In this document: positions 8,931-17,747 of the stretch, piece after piece
How positions within the stretch are numbered: position 1 is the first letter of the stretch
How the letters are laid out: each line of letters starts with the position of its first letter
Source: Pseudomonadota bacterium
GTDB taxonomy: Bacteria > Bdellovibrionota > Bdellovibrionia > Bdellovibrionales > SG-bin7
NCBI GenBank assembly: GCA_034439715.1
Contig: JAWXAY010000002.1
Span: 1 to 34,709, forward strand
Reading direction: 5' to 3'
Length of the DNA stretch: 34,709 bases
Position numbers and translations under genes: made by a program
The notes under the pieces: model-generated
The model's input: only the letters and a program-made list of their open reading frames with translations
Told to the model about the DNA's origin: nothing
The model's database searches: none

Positions 8931-10234
8931 ATTCAAGTCGAATAGACAATTATGAAATAAAAAATTTTGGCTGTAAGGTCAATACCTACGATGCGGGTCT
9001 TCTCGAGAATCGACTTAAAACGGATTCCTATCTTGAGAACACAAAACATAAGGTTTACGTTTATAACACTTGCGCCGTGACCGCTGAGGCCACGCGACAA
9101 ACCGTGCGTGAAATTCGAAAGAAAAAAAGAGACGAGCCTGATGCCAAAGTGGTGGTTACGGGATGTGGGGCACAAGTCGATACTTTAATCTATGAGTCCG
9201 TGCCTGAAGTTGACCTCATAGTCGCTAACTCTCACAAAGGAAAGCTGGAAGAAATTATTAAAGGTTTTTTTACTGGGGCCGACTTAGAGCGCACCCATAA
9301 AAGTAATATTTTTCGTAAAGAAGATTTAGAGGCGGGAGGAGGGATTGAACCCAGCCACACTCGCTCTTTTTTAAAAATTCAAGACGGTTGTAATAGTTTT
9401 TGTTCGTTTTGCGTGATTCCCTTTGCGCGTGGAAAAAGCCGCAGTATTGCGATTAACGATATCGTAAAAAGAGTTAATGAGCTTAGTGCCCAAGGGATTC
9501 AGGAAGTTGTTTTAACAGGAATACATATCGGTGATTACGAAGACGGAGATTTAAAATTAGAAGACTTGGTAGAGCGGGTGCTGCAACAAACCACGATGGT
9601 TAGAATAAGACTTACAAGTTTAGAGCCAAAGGAGCTGACTCCACGATTGCTGAAACTTTATTCTGATGATCGCCTTTGTGCGCATTTTCATATGAGCATT
9701 CAAAGTGCAGAAACAAAAGTGCTGAACGAAATGAAAAGAAACTATACGGCCCAAGATGTCGTCGACTCGCTAAAAAATATTAGTGAGTGCGTGCCGAATG
9801 CCTTTGTGGGCATGGACGTGATTGTGGGCTTTCCCGGCGAGACTGAAGCCGAATTTTTAGAAACTATTAAGCGCCTCGAAAAATCGCCTTGGACAAAAAT
9901 CCACGTTTTTCCCTATAGCATAAGACCCGGCACTAAAGCTTCGCGCATAGAGGGTCACCTGCCTCAGTTAGAAATAAAAAAGCGAGCCGAAGCTTTAAGA
10001 AATTTGAGCCTTGAGCGTTATTCAATGGAAGCACTAAAACAAGTGGGCCAAATAAAAAAAGTATTACCGCTCAATTATAAAAAATTAGCTATTGGCCTAA
10101 GTCGTGATTTTTGGAAGGTGCAGTTAGCAAAACCCGTAGACGACCCGCAAGAGCTTGAGGTTAAGATTATCGGTTATGAGTACTCGCAATTAAAAACTGA
10201 AGGGCCTTTGCTGGGTCAAAATTTAACTACTTAA
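8918..10234 (+). CDS. mtaB: tRNA t6A37 methylthiotransferase MtaB (radical SAM)
   Basis: NFGCKVNTYD, NTCAVT, VTGC, radical-SAM LKIQDGCNSFCSFCVIPFARG, DVIVGFPGET, IHVFPYS. Confidence 0.9.
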   Translation: MDRLNSSRIDNYEIKNFGCKVNTYDAGLLENRLKTDSYLENTKHKVYVYNTCAVTAEATRQTVREIRKKKRDEPDAKVVVTGCGAQVDTLIYESVPEVDLIVANSHKGKLEEIIKGFFTGADLERTHKSNIFRKEDLEAGGGIEPSHTRSFLKIQDGCNSFCSFCVIPFARGKSRSIAINDIVKRVNELSAQGIQEVVLTGIHIGDYEDGDLKLEDLVERVLQQTTMVRIRLTSLEPKELTPRLLKLYSDDRLCAHFHMSIQSAETKVLNEMKRNYTAQDVVDSLKNISECVPNAFVGMDVIVGFPGETEAEFLETIKRLEKSPWTKIHVFPYSIRPGTKASRIEGHLPQLEIKKRAEALRNLSLERYSMEALKQVGQIKKVLPLNYKKLAIGLSRDFWKVQLAKPVDDPQELEVKIIGYEYSQLKTEGPLLGQNLTT

Positions 10235-10682
10235 ATTTTTCCTCTTTAAAAAAAAGCAGTTCGAGGACTACCTTTTGTACTATCGTTAAAGTCACATCTT
10301 GACACTTCAGCTGTCCCTCCTTTTGAATTTGGCATGTTTTGGGTGCTTGCAGTAGTGAGCGGGTAGAAATTTTATCAAATTTTATTTCGTAAACTGAAGC
10401 GTCTATGGGAACTTCTGACGCTTGTACTGAATTTGGTTTTTCAGTCTTTAGTTCGCCCATAAGTTTTTCAAGCTTTTGGCACTCAAATGGGTTTAATTTT
10501 GCTATTTGTTTTACCAATTTTAACTCACACTCCTGTTTAGATTTTGAGCTGTACTGCATTGTCCAAAGCTTTTCACCAAAGCGTTTCTCAATTATAGTTA
10601 AATCTCTAGAGGCTTGGGCAACACTGTCAATTGTAACGGTGACTAGAAATACCAGAAATAAGGTATTATTTAGCGGATTCAC
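10227..10682 (-). CDS. Hypothetical secreted protein (4 Cys)
   Basis: GTG start preceded by AAGGGGGA, hydrophobic N-terminus ending VAQA, 151 aa, convergent overlap with mtaB. Confidence 0.6.
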   Translation of the reverse strand: MNPLNNTLFLVFLVTVTIDSVAQASRDLTIIEKRFGEKLWTMQYSSKSKQECELKLVKQIAKLNPFECQKLEKLMGELKTEKPNSVQASEVPIDASVYEIKFDKISTRSLLQAPKTCQIQKEGQLKCQDVTLTIVQKVVLELLFFKEEKFK

Positions 10683-11548
10683 TTACATCCCCCTTAGCCT
10701 TGGAGCAGAAGGCTTTTTTTGCGCGTGCGGATTTAACAAAACAGTTCAAGTATTTAGGCACTGCATGTTCTTCATCGGTTATACTATGACAGTGCCAATT
10801 CCAGTGAGCCAGCTTATCCCACTTTTTTATGAAAACAGTGTTGGCAAAGGCTTCAATAATGAATGAAGGCAGACAGCCAGTTTTTTTTTTGGCCTATCTC
10901 ATAGTCGAGGTAATTCTCGATGCACCTCTGGGTGGTAGAAGTCTCTAATTCGACAGAATCGCGAGCGGCTATTTGAATTTTTTGGTTGATCTTTTCTGCA
11001 TCATCGTTCAGCTCGCAAGTGTCGTTATACCGAAGTAGGTTATTTCGGTTAAATTGGCAAGAGTGGCCTAGTTCGTGGTAAAGGGTCAATTCTATATCTT
11101 CAAAAGTATAGGCATTAAGTATCATGCCCTCTGAGATGCCAATCGAGTTATCCCCGAGCTGATAATAAGCGGTTTTAGTAATTGCAGGTAGACCACTTAA
11201 AATTTGGAGTTTTGTTTCAGCAAAACCCTTGCCGCAAAATCGGATATTTTCGGAGTCAGATATCATTTCCTGAAATTTAAGAAATAACTTTGTAAAATAT
11301 TGAACGCGCAGCTCTTCCGAGTTAAGGCGTAACCTCGCTTTGTCTATATTCTCTTCCTGGCAAAATTCGCTACCTTTCTTTAGATAGCACTCCCTTTTGG
11401 ATTTTTTGCAAATTTTTTCAAAACTGGGGGTGGGACCGCATATGATCTCGCGCACTTCTCCCGAATCTTCAAAATAATAAGGATTTGCGGGGTTGGCCAA
11501 AGTGGGAATTGGTTCCGCAAGCAGAATTAAAAGCAGAATATTTCTCAT
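10666..11548 (-). pseudogene. Secreted HExxH zinc metallopeptidase-like gene frameshifted at an A10 tract
   Basis: Signal-peptide-like start and YHELGH motif. The annotated frame stops at 10853. Removing one A from the run at 10881-10890 extends it through IIEAFANTVF to TAA at 10666-10668 (293 aa). Confidence 0.7.
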
Positions 11549-11640
11549 TCAAACTTTATTGTATCTTAGAGACTAGCTAGTAAGAACTTTTATATGATGT
11601 TGTTCTTTTCGCCAGTACCTATGACCAGATCAAAGAATTA

Positions 11641-12216
11641 CTAGTTCTCGTTAACTACAGGAGTAGTTGATGTCAGACTAATCGAGGCGTCGTCGCCGGT
11701 GCCTTGAAAAGTCAGTTTGATGGCGTTGGCTACCGGTGCAAATCCAATAGTACCACTGGCCTGCAGGTGAATGGTAAAATAATATTCTTGGCCGGGCACG
11801 AGCTCGAGCGAAAAGCTTAAACCATTTATACCGGTACAATTTTTGAGGGCATCACTAGGACAAATTTCCATGACAGTTAAGATCAAAGACTCACTCGCTT
11901 TTTCAAGGCTGAGCGTGCCCGAAGTGACTTGTGTGGTGTTGTTCTTTAATTTAACCAAGGCCTTGCCGGCACCCTGGTGTTGATCAGGCGGAGATCCGAG
12001 GACAGGTGTGAGATTCATTCTGCGATCGGGGGTTGTTGTGATGACTGAAAACGCAAGGTCCGGGATATAGGGAATAACTGGGATGTTTTCGAAGTTATCT
12101 TGGTCTTTACTAGCCATGCCCTTGTAATCAGACGAGCAGGCGAGCGAGAGCGCCATGATACTAAAAACGAAAAGGCGTATTAAAATGAGACTATAATTTT
12201 TTAAAAGGCCACCCAT
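11641..12216 (-). CDS. Putative lipoprotein with Ig-like C-terminal domain
   Basis: Lipobox SLA-C after a hydrophobic stretch; beta-rich C-terminus (VKLKN..C..C..LELVPGQEYYFTIHL). Start uncertain (12216 or 12240). Confidence 0.6.
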   Translation of the reverse strand: MGGLLKNYSLILIRLFVFSIMALSLACSSDYKGMASKDQDNFENIPVIPYIPDLAFSVITTTPDRRMNLTPVLGSPPDQHQGAGKALVKLKNNTTQVTSGTLSLEKASESLILTVMEICPSDALKNCTGINGLSFSLELVPGQEYYFTIHLQASGTIGFAPVANAIKLTFQGTGDDASISLTSTTPVVNEN

Positions 12217-12228
12217 ACCAATTAACAC

Positions 12229-12244
12229 TGCGAATTCCATGCCT
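12229..12244 (-). promoter_or_regulatory. Sigma54-type -24/-12 promoter
   Basis: Minus strand AGGCATGGAATTCGCA has GG-N10-GC spacing and lies just upstream of the lipoprotein gene. Confidence 0.45.
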
Positions 12245-12405
12245 CGCCACCTGGGATGTGGCTGGCCTCAGCGGTACTTAGTGCCCACACCATTTACATA
12301 TGTATTGATTTTTAAACAGTAAAAACTATGCAATAACAGTGTCTTACAATGATACTCTAATTGAATACTTGAGCTGGTATTTCTTAAGAAGGTGAGCCGC
12401 TTAAG

Positions 12406-12434
12406 TTGACAGCAGGTAGATAAATCCTTATAAC
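12406..12434 (+). promoter_or_regulatory. Sigma70-type promoter of rnc-era-der
   Basis: TTGACA-N17-TATAAC, followed by GGAG and ATG at 12466. Confidence 0.7.
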
Positions 12435-12465
12435 TGGTTTGGATTTTGTTGGGTGGAGACCCTTG

Positions 12466-13158
12466 ATGAGCATTGATACAAATATAACGGCAACGTTAGA
12501 GGCACTTCAGTTCTCTAATCCGAAGCTTCTTGAGCAAGCTCTAATTCATAAAAGTTTTTTTATCGAAAATCGTGATCTTTGCGAAGGCGATAATGAAAAG
12601 CTAGAATTTTTAGGTGATGCCGTTTTAGATCTTGTCGTCAGCGATTTATTGCTAAAAAAATTCCCGCTTGATGCCGAGGGGGACCTCTCGCAAAAAAGAG
12701 CAAGCCTGGTCAATGAAAGCACTCTCGCACTAATTTCTCTGGAACTTGACATTGGTAAACTCATCAAATTGGGGCGAGGAGAGCGCACTGCTGGTGGCGA
12801 TAAAAAACCCCGAATTCTGGCCTCGACACTTGAGGCGATTGTAGGAGCCCTTTTTTTAGATAGCGGCTACTCCAGTGCCTTAAAATTTTTGGCAGAAATT
12901 TTTCACGACAGAATCAATAGTCTTGTGGGCGTGGCTTCAAATCAGGATGACTATAAGACGCGGTATCAAGAATTGGTACAGAGGACAAGCAAATCAACGC
13001 CGCTTTATGATTTGATTTCAGAGAGTGGACCTGACCACGACAAGCTCTTTGTAGTGGGAGTCAAAGTTGATGGCGTGCTCATGGCTGAAGGCCTGGGCAG
13101 AAGTAAAAAAATGGCAGAACAATTAGCCGCAAAAAAAGCGTTGGAGGAAGTCACATGA
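12466..13158 (+). CDS. rnc: Ribonuclease III
   Basis: ALIHKS, NEKLEFLGDAVL signature, EAIVGALFLD, dsRBD (DYKTRYQE..GPDH..GRSKKMAEQ). Confidence 0.97.
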   Translation: MSIDTNITATLEALQFSNPKLLEQALIHKSFFIENRDLCEGDNEKLEFLGDAVLDLVVSDLLLKKFPLDAEGDLSQKRASLVNESTLALISLELDIGKLIKLGRGERTAGGDKKPRILASTLEAIVGALFLDSGYSSALKFLAEIFHDRINSLVGVASNQDDYKTRYQELVQRTSKSTPLYDLISESGPDHDKLFVVGVKVDGVLMAEGLGRSKKMAEQLAAKKALEEVT

Positions 13159-14060
13159 GTATACGCGCCGGATTCGTTGGGGTGATTGGATTACCTAATG
13201 CAGGCAAAAGTACAATGGTAAATCACCTTATTGGAGAAAAAGTTTCTATCGTTACTCCGCGTGCCCAAACAACAAGACAGAGGGTACTGGGAATTCTCAG
13301 CGATAGTGATGGCCAAGTCGTATTTGTGGATGCCCCTGGGTTGACAGAAAGACCGGGACCTATAAACGAATTTTTGCGCCGAGAGTTTTCGAGTGTTGTG
13401 AGTGAGTCCGATGGCCTAGTGGTCGTAATCGATATGAAAAATGACCCTAAAGAAGAAATTGATAAGATTATCACCCAAGTTAAGCTCAGCCGTAAACCTC
13501 ATATTATTGTCCTTAATAAAATGGACTTAGTGGATGAAGCACAAATTGGTTTTTGGACTGATTTTTTAAAACCCCAGGCTTGCAAAATCAAGGTTCTCTC
13601 TGCTTTGGATAAGACAGGACATCTCAAGCAATTGTTGTGGCACGATTTACTGGAGCTAATGCCTGAATGCGAAAAACCTCTTTACGACAGTGAATTGTAT
13701 ACCACGCAAAATGTGCGAGAGATGGTCAACGAAATTATTCGTGAAAAGTGTTTTGAGTGCTTGCGACAAGAAATTCCCTACGGCCTTGCCATTCGAACCC
13801 TCTCATTTGATGAAGACTCAAATGAGAGTTTAACAAAGATTTTCGCAGAAATATTAGTCGCCAAAGAGAATCACAAACCTATGGTGATCGGAACTAAAGG
13901 CGGCATGCTCAAAGATATAGGCTTAAAAAGTCGCGAAGAAATTGAAAAGCTCTTGGGTAAAAAGGTTTACCTAAATCTTCATGTTCAAGCGAGACCTGAG
14001 TGGATGAAAAGTAAAACTTTTATGAAGGAGTTGGGTTATGTTAGAAACGAGCGACACTAG
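13155..14060 (+). CDS. era: GTPase Era
   Basis: GLPNAGKST, QTTR, DAPG, NKMD, EIPY, KH domain VIGTKG; ATGA overlap with rnc. Confidence 0.96.
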   Translation: MSIRAGFVGVIGLPNAGKSTMVNHLIGEKVSIVTPRAQTTRQRVLGILSDSDGQVVFVDAPGLTERPGPINEFLRREFSSVVSESDGLVVVIDMKNDPKEEIDKIITQVKLSRKPHIIVLNKMDLVDEAQIGFWTDFLKPQACKIKVLSALDKTGHLKQLLWHDLLELMPECEKPLYDSELYTTQNVREMVNEIIREKCFECLRQEIPYGLAIRTLSFDEDSNESLTKIFAEILVAKENHKPMVIGTKGGMLKDIGLKSREEIEKLLGKKVYLNLHVQARPEWMKSKTFMKELGYVRNERH

Positions 14061-15366
14061 ATTACAAATAGCTATTCTCGGGCGGCCCAACGTGGGAAAA
14101 TCAAGCCTCTTTAATATTTTTACTGGTTCTAGAAAGGCCATTGTTAAAGATGAACCCGGCGTGACTAGAGATATCCACTACGAACGAGTCGATGTTTGGG
14201 GACGCGAGTTTGATTTGATCGACACTGGGGGTATGACCGACAACGACCTACCTTTTGCTGATGAAGTTCGCGATCAGGTTGAAAGACTATTGCCAATGAT
14301 GGATATGGCTCTAGTTGTGATGGATGCCCGTGATGGTATCTTGTCAGATGACCGTGAGGTTTTAACTCAGGTGCAGAAATCTAAAAAGCCCTTTGTAGTT
14401 TTGGTAAACAAGATCGATAGCGAAAAAGATCAAGACATATTGATGAGCGAATTTTATCAACTCGGCGTTGATATTATTCCCACCTCATTTGAACGTCGCC
14501 GCGGCATTGATGTTGTTAGCGAATGGATTGTTGAGCGCGTTCCCAAGCGAGAAGACCTTGATGCAGAAAAAACTCCTCGAATTGCTATCATCGGAAAACC
14601 AAATGCGGGCAAGAGTTCTTTGGTGAATTATCTTTTGGGTGCTGACCGAATGGTGGTCTCAAGCATTCCTGGCACAACCGTTGATGCTATCGATTCCCCT
14701 ATAAAATGGAATGGTAAAACGTATACCTTTGTGGATACCGCGGGCCTAAGGCGAAAGGCCCGACGCGATACGGGTGTTGAAATTTTATCAGCCTTTAAAT
14801 CTGAAAAGGCTGTCAAAGACGCCAATATTGTAGTGCTCTTACTTGATGGCTTAATAAATCCCTCACTTCAGGATGCGAGACTGGTTGAGTTGGCTCTAGA
14901 AATGAACAAAGCGATCGTGGTGGCTGTCAACAAGTCAGATGTAGGACGAAAACAAATTGACGACTATCGCAATGCTTTGAAAGAAAAAGTCGGCGAAGAG
15001 TTATATTTTAGTCCCGACATTCCCGTTGTTTTTGTCAGCGCAAAAACAGGACAGGGAATCGATCAGCTGTTCGAAGTTTTAGATCAGCTATGGGAAAGAC
15101 TTCATATGAGAATTTCAACCTCTCAGGTCAATGATTTCTTAGTCGATTTAACTCGTAAAACTCCGCCGCCAATTTTTGGTAATCGCAACGTCAAATTTTT
15201 ATATTTTACTCAGACCAAACAAGTGCCACCAAGCTTTGTTTGCTTTGTGAATAACCCTCGAGGTATCAGTGAATCCTACCGCCGCTTTATGGTCAATGAA
15301 GCACGCAAACATTGGGGTTTGTTGGGTGTGCCCATTAGGTTTTACATGATTAGAAATCATCGCTAG
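14038..15366 (+). CDS. der: Ribosome biogenesis GTPase Der (EngA)
   Basis: Two G domains (GRPNVGKSS/DTGG/NKID and GKPNAGKSS/DTAG/NKSD) plus a KH-like C-terminus. Confidence 0.97.
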   Translation: MLETSDTRLQIAILGRPNVGKSSLFNIFTGSRKAIVKDEPGVTRDIHYERVDVWGREFDLIDTGGMTDNDLPFADEVRDQVERLLPMMDMALVVMDARDGILSDDREVLTQVQKSKKPFVVLVNKIDSEKDQDILMSEFYQLGVDIIPTSFERRRGIDVVSEWIVERVPKREDLDAEKTPRIAIIGKPNAGKSSLVNYLLGADRMVVSSIPGTTVDAIDSPIKWNGKTYTFVDTAGLRRKARRDTGVEILSAFKSEKAVKDANIVVLLLDGLINPSLQDARLVELALEMNKAIVVAVNKSDVGRKQIDDYRNALKEKVGEELYFSPDIPVVFVSAKTGQGIDQLFEVLDQLWERLHMRISTSQVNDFLVDLTRKTPPPIFGNRNVKFLYFTQTKQVPPSFVCFVNNPRGISESYRRFMVNEARKHWGLLGVPIRFYMIRNHR

Positions 15367-15406
15367 CGCCCTCGGTGCAGTTCCTACGAAATATAGGTGG
15401 CCCTTA

Positions 15407-15776
15407 CCCTCGTTGCCCGATGTCGACCGCTATACGGATGGAAGGTAGATCATTCACGATATAATAAAAGTGGGGGTGTCATTGTTTTTGCAATAATCCA
15501 TGCATGGCTCGATATCGTCTTTATCATGAAGACCTACATTACGTGCGTAAATGTTTACGCCAGTCGCACGAAACTGCAAAACAGATGCAGGAACTCACGC
15601 GAGTTTTGGTTGAACAACTCGAAGACATTGAGCGAAAGCGACTTTACACTAGATTGGGTTTTAAGTCTTTGCGCGGTTATTGCCAATTTGGATTAGGTTT
15701 CAATCGTCGACAAAGTCAAAGCCTTGAAACAGCACTGCGCAGCTACCAGATAGCGGTCAACTTCGGGCAATGAGGG
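15407..15776. repeat. 27-bp imperfect inverted repeat pair (15407-15433 and 15750-15776) bounding a 370-bp element
   Basis: Left arm CCCTCGTTGCCCGATGTCGACCGCTAT; right arm ATAGCGGTCAACTTCGGGCAATGAGGG; 24/27 identity to the reverse complement. Confidence 0.85.
15504..15773 (+). CDS. Small basic protein resembling the N-terminal helical domain of Bdellovibrio-type HNH-endonuclease proteins, without an HNH domain
   Basis: LVEQLEDIERKRLYTRLGFKSLRGYCQFGLGF matches the recalled pattern LxEIERRxLYxxLGYxSLFxYCxxxLGY; 89 aa; no clear RBS. Confidence 0.6.
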   Translation: MARYRLYHEDLHYVRKCLRQSHETAKQMQELTRVLVEQLEDIERKRLYTRLGFKSLRGYCQFGLGFNRRQSQSLETALRSYQIAVNFGQ

Positions 15777-15815
15777 GTATGGCTGTGGGTAAAGAGGGAG
15801 AAGACCAATCGCCCG

Positions 15816-16565
15816 TTAAAAATTTACACCCAGAATAAAGTTGAGCAGATAAGGGTCGCCGCCCGGAATGATTCCTGTTTGCTCGCTTTGAATTACGATT
15901 TGGGTATTTTCATCTGCAAAGGTCACGAAACTATAAGAGAACTGAAAGCCATAATACATTTTATTTCTCATGGCTGGAATTTCAATACCACCACCTAAAG
16001 TGAGTCCATTGGTAGAATCTTTGCCGTAAATTCCACCGGTAGTTGAGGGCAAAGTTGTCGTTCTCTGAATTTGTGACATTCCCACAAGAAAGTAGGGGTT
16101 AAGTTTTGCGAGACCCTTGGTAACATTTTGGGTGTTGACGTAATATTTTAAGTTTACAGTAAGGTCCGTCAATCCCAAATTTCCCTGCAAAGTTTGGGTG
16201 GGCGTCGGAATAGTCAATGTGTGGTCTCCGGTGCTAAAGCCAAACTGTAAAGCAAATTTCAGATCAAAGAAGTAACTTAGGAACAACCCAAAATTGGTAC
16301 CTCCGCCATAAAGACTTCCAAACTTACCACTGAAATTGCGGTAGCCGCCAGTTAGCCCTAAGGTCAGCATGCGACCATTTTTAAAAAAATTAATATCAGC
16401 CTCTTCTTCACTAGTGGCCTCATAATCGCTGTAGTCAGTAAAGGGATCGTAGGTGTCATCGTTTTCCCACTGAGAATATGCCATGGGAGAAAAACTCAAG
16501 CAGAGTGCGAGAACTAGCCCAAGCAAGCGCCCAAGCGAACATAAGAAAATTAATGGTTTATTCAC
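15816..16565 (-). CDS. Outer-membrane beta-barrel protein (8-stranded OmpA/OmpW-like)
   Basis: Signal peptide, amphipathic strands (LNPYFLVG, LTLGGGIE), C-terminal LGVNF motif; GTG start with AGGGGGA RBS. Confidence 0.8.
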   Translation of the reverse strand: MNKPLIFLCSLGRLLGLVLALCLSFSPMAYSQWENDDTYDPFTDYSDYEATSEEEADINFFKNGRMLTLGLTGGYRNFSGKFGSLYGGGTNFGLFLSYFFDLKFALQFGFSTGDHTLTIPTPTQTLQGNLGLTDLTVNLKYYVNTQNVTKGLAKLNPYFLVGMSQIQRTTTLPSTTGGIYGKDSTNGLTLGGGIEIPAMRNKMYYGFQFSYSFVTFADENTQIVIQSEQTGIIPGGDPYLLNFILGVNF

Positions 16566-16745
16566 GAGTTCCCCCTGTACTCTTTATTATAACCAAAGGT
16601 AACCCCAGAATAAAAGGGGGTATTTCATTTAATTTTGTCCATCAGGGCCGATTTGAGTGTCAATTTGTTTGGCAGGTGTACGAGTTTTGGTCAATTGTTA
16701 AGCTGTACCTTTTCTTTTGTGGTAACCAATGCTAAAGATCAACCT

Positions 16746-17747
16746 ATGGCCGTCAATTACAAAGATTCGGGTGTCGATGTCAGCGCAGGTGACGCTTTAG
16801 TTGATTGGTTACAGGGCTCGGCAGACAAAAAGGCCCCCCATGCTGATAAAATTCTGTCTGGCATTGGTGGTTTTGGCTCTCTTTTTCGTTTTAATTTTCC
16901 TGATATTGAAGATCCATGTCTCGTTAGTTGTACGGATGGAGTCGGCACTAAAGTCAAAATCGCATCTCACTTTGGCGAATATGAAGGTATCGGTCAGGAC
17001 CTAGCGGCTATGTGTTTAAATGATATGATATGCGAAGGGGCGAGCCCGCTATTTTTTTTAGACTATTATGCCTCGGGGAAATTAAATCTTGAGTCCGCTA
17101 AATCCTTTCTCAAAGGACTACGTAAGGCTTGTGAAGTTTGTCATTGTGCTTTAGTCGGCGGAGAAACAGCCGAAATGCCCGGAGTGTATGAAGCAAACGA
17201 TTTTGATTGTGCCGGGTTTGCTGTTGGCGTTGTGGGACGGAAACAGACTTTGGGGGCCCATAAAGTAAAAGTCGGAGATAAATTAATTGGGGTTTCTAGT
17301 AGCGGTTTTCATAGCAATGGCTACTCGCTCTTGCGTCGAGTTTTCGCCAAAGATCTCGAGGAATGGAAAAAGGAATTGCTTGAACCCACAGCCCTCTACG
17401 TAAGTTTGTTTGAAAAAATCAAAAGCCAGGTAAATGCTCTCGCCCATATCACAGGGAGCGGCATTGAAAATATTTTAAGGGTAATGCCTCAGGGAACGGA
17501 GATAAACCTACGCGATTGGCAGTGGCCCGAATGTTTTTTAGAAGTTCAAAAGCGTACTGGCCTCAAAAAGTCCGAAATGTTAAGAACACTTAACTGTGGC
17601 ATAGGGCTTGTCTGCTTTGTGGATCCTAAAAACGGCGCTCACGTAGAAGAGAAAATTAAGGGAAGTGGATTTAAAAGTTTTGATTTAGGAATCGTCGAAC
17701 GGAATTCTTTGGGCGGAGAGGCGCGCATAAAGGGTGAATTTGCGTAA
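16746..17747 (+). CDS. purM: Phosphoribosylformylglycinamidine cyclo-ligase
   Basis: YKDSGVD, GIGGFG, TDGVGTK, GGETAEMPG, SSGFHSNGYSL, AHITG, TLNCGIG; start at ATG 16746. Confidence 0.97.
   Translation: MAVNYKDSGVDVSAGDALVDWLQGSADKKAPHADKILSGIGGFGSLFRFNFPDIEDPCLVSCTDGVGTKVKIASHFGEYEGIGQDLAAMCLNDMICEGASPLFFLDYYASGKLNLESAKSFLKGLRKACEVCHCALVGGETAEMPGVYEANDFDCAGFAVGVVGRKQTLGAHKVKVGDKLIGVSSSGFHSNGYSLLRRVFAKDLEEWKKELLEPTALYVSLFEKIKSQVNALAHITGSGIENILRVMPQGTEINLRDWQWPECFLEVQKRTGLKKSEMLRTLNCGIGLVCFVDPKNGAHVEEKIKGSGFKSFDLGIVERNSLGGEARIKGEFA

Noticed and set aside
10405..10866. 153-aa plus-strand ORF
   Set aside because: It is antisense to the secreted-protein gene and to the recovered peptidase C-terminus, so most likely a shadow ORF.
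15397..15696. Alternative 99-aa ORF overlapping the inverted-repeat element
   Set aside because: It has no recognisable motif, and the overlapping frame 15504-15773 carries a family-like pattern.
16571..16620. CCCCCT..TTTATT / AATAAA AGGGGG inverted repeat that could sequester the OMP gene RBS
   Set aside because: A minus-strand TATAAT (16586-16591) lies between the arms, so the distal arm is probably not transcribed.
16566..16745. Purine or ZTP riboswitch, or PurR box, upstream of purM
   Set aside because: No conserved aptamer or operator motif is recognisable by eye. An Rfam/Infernal scan would settle it.
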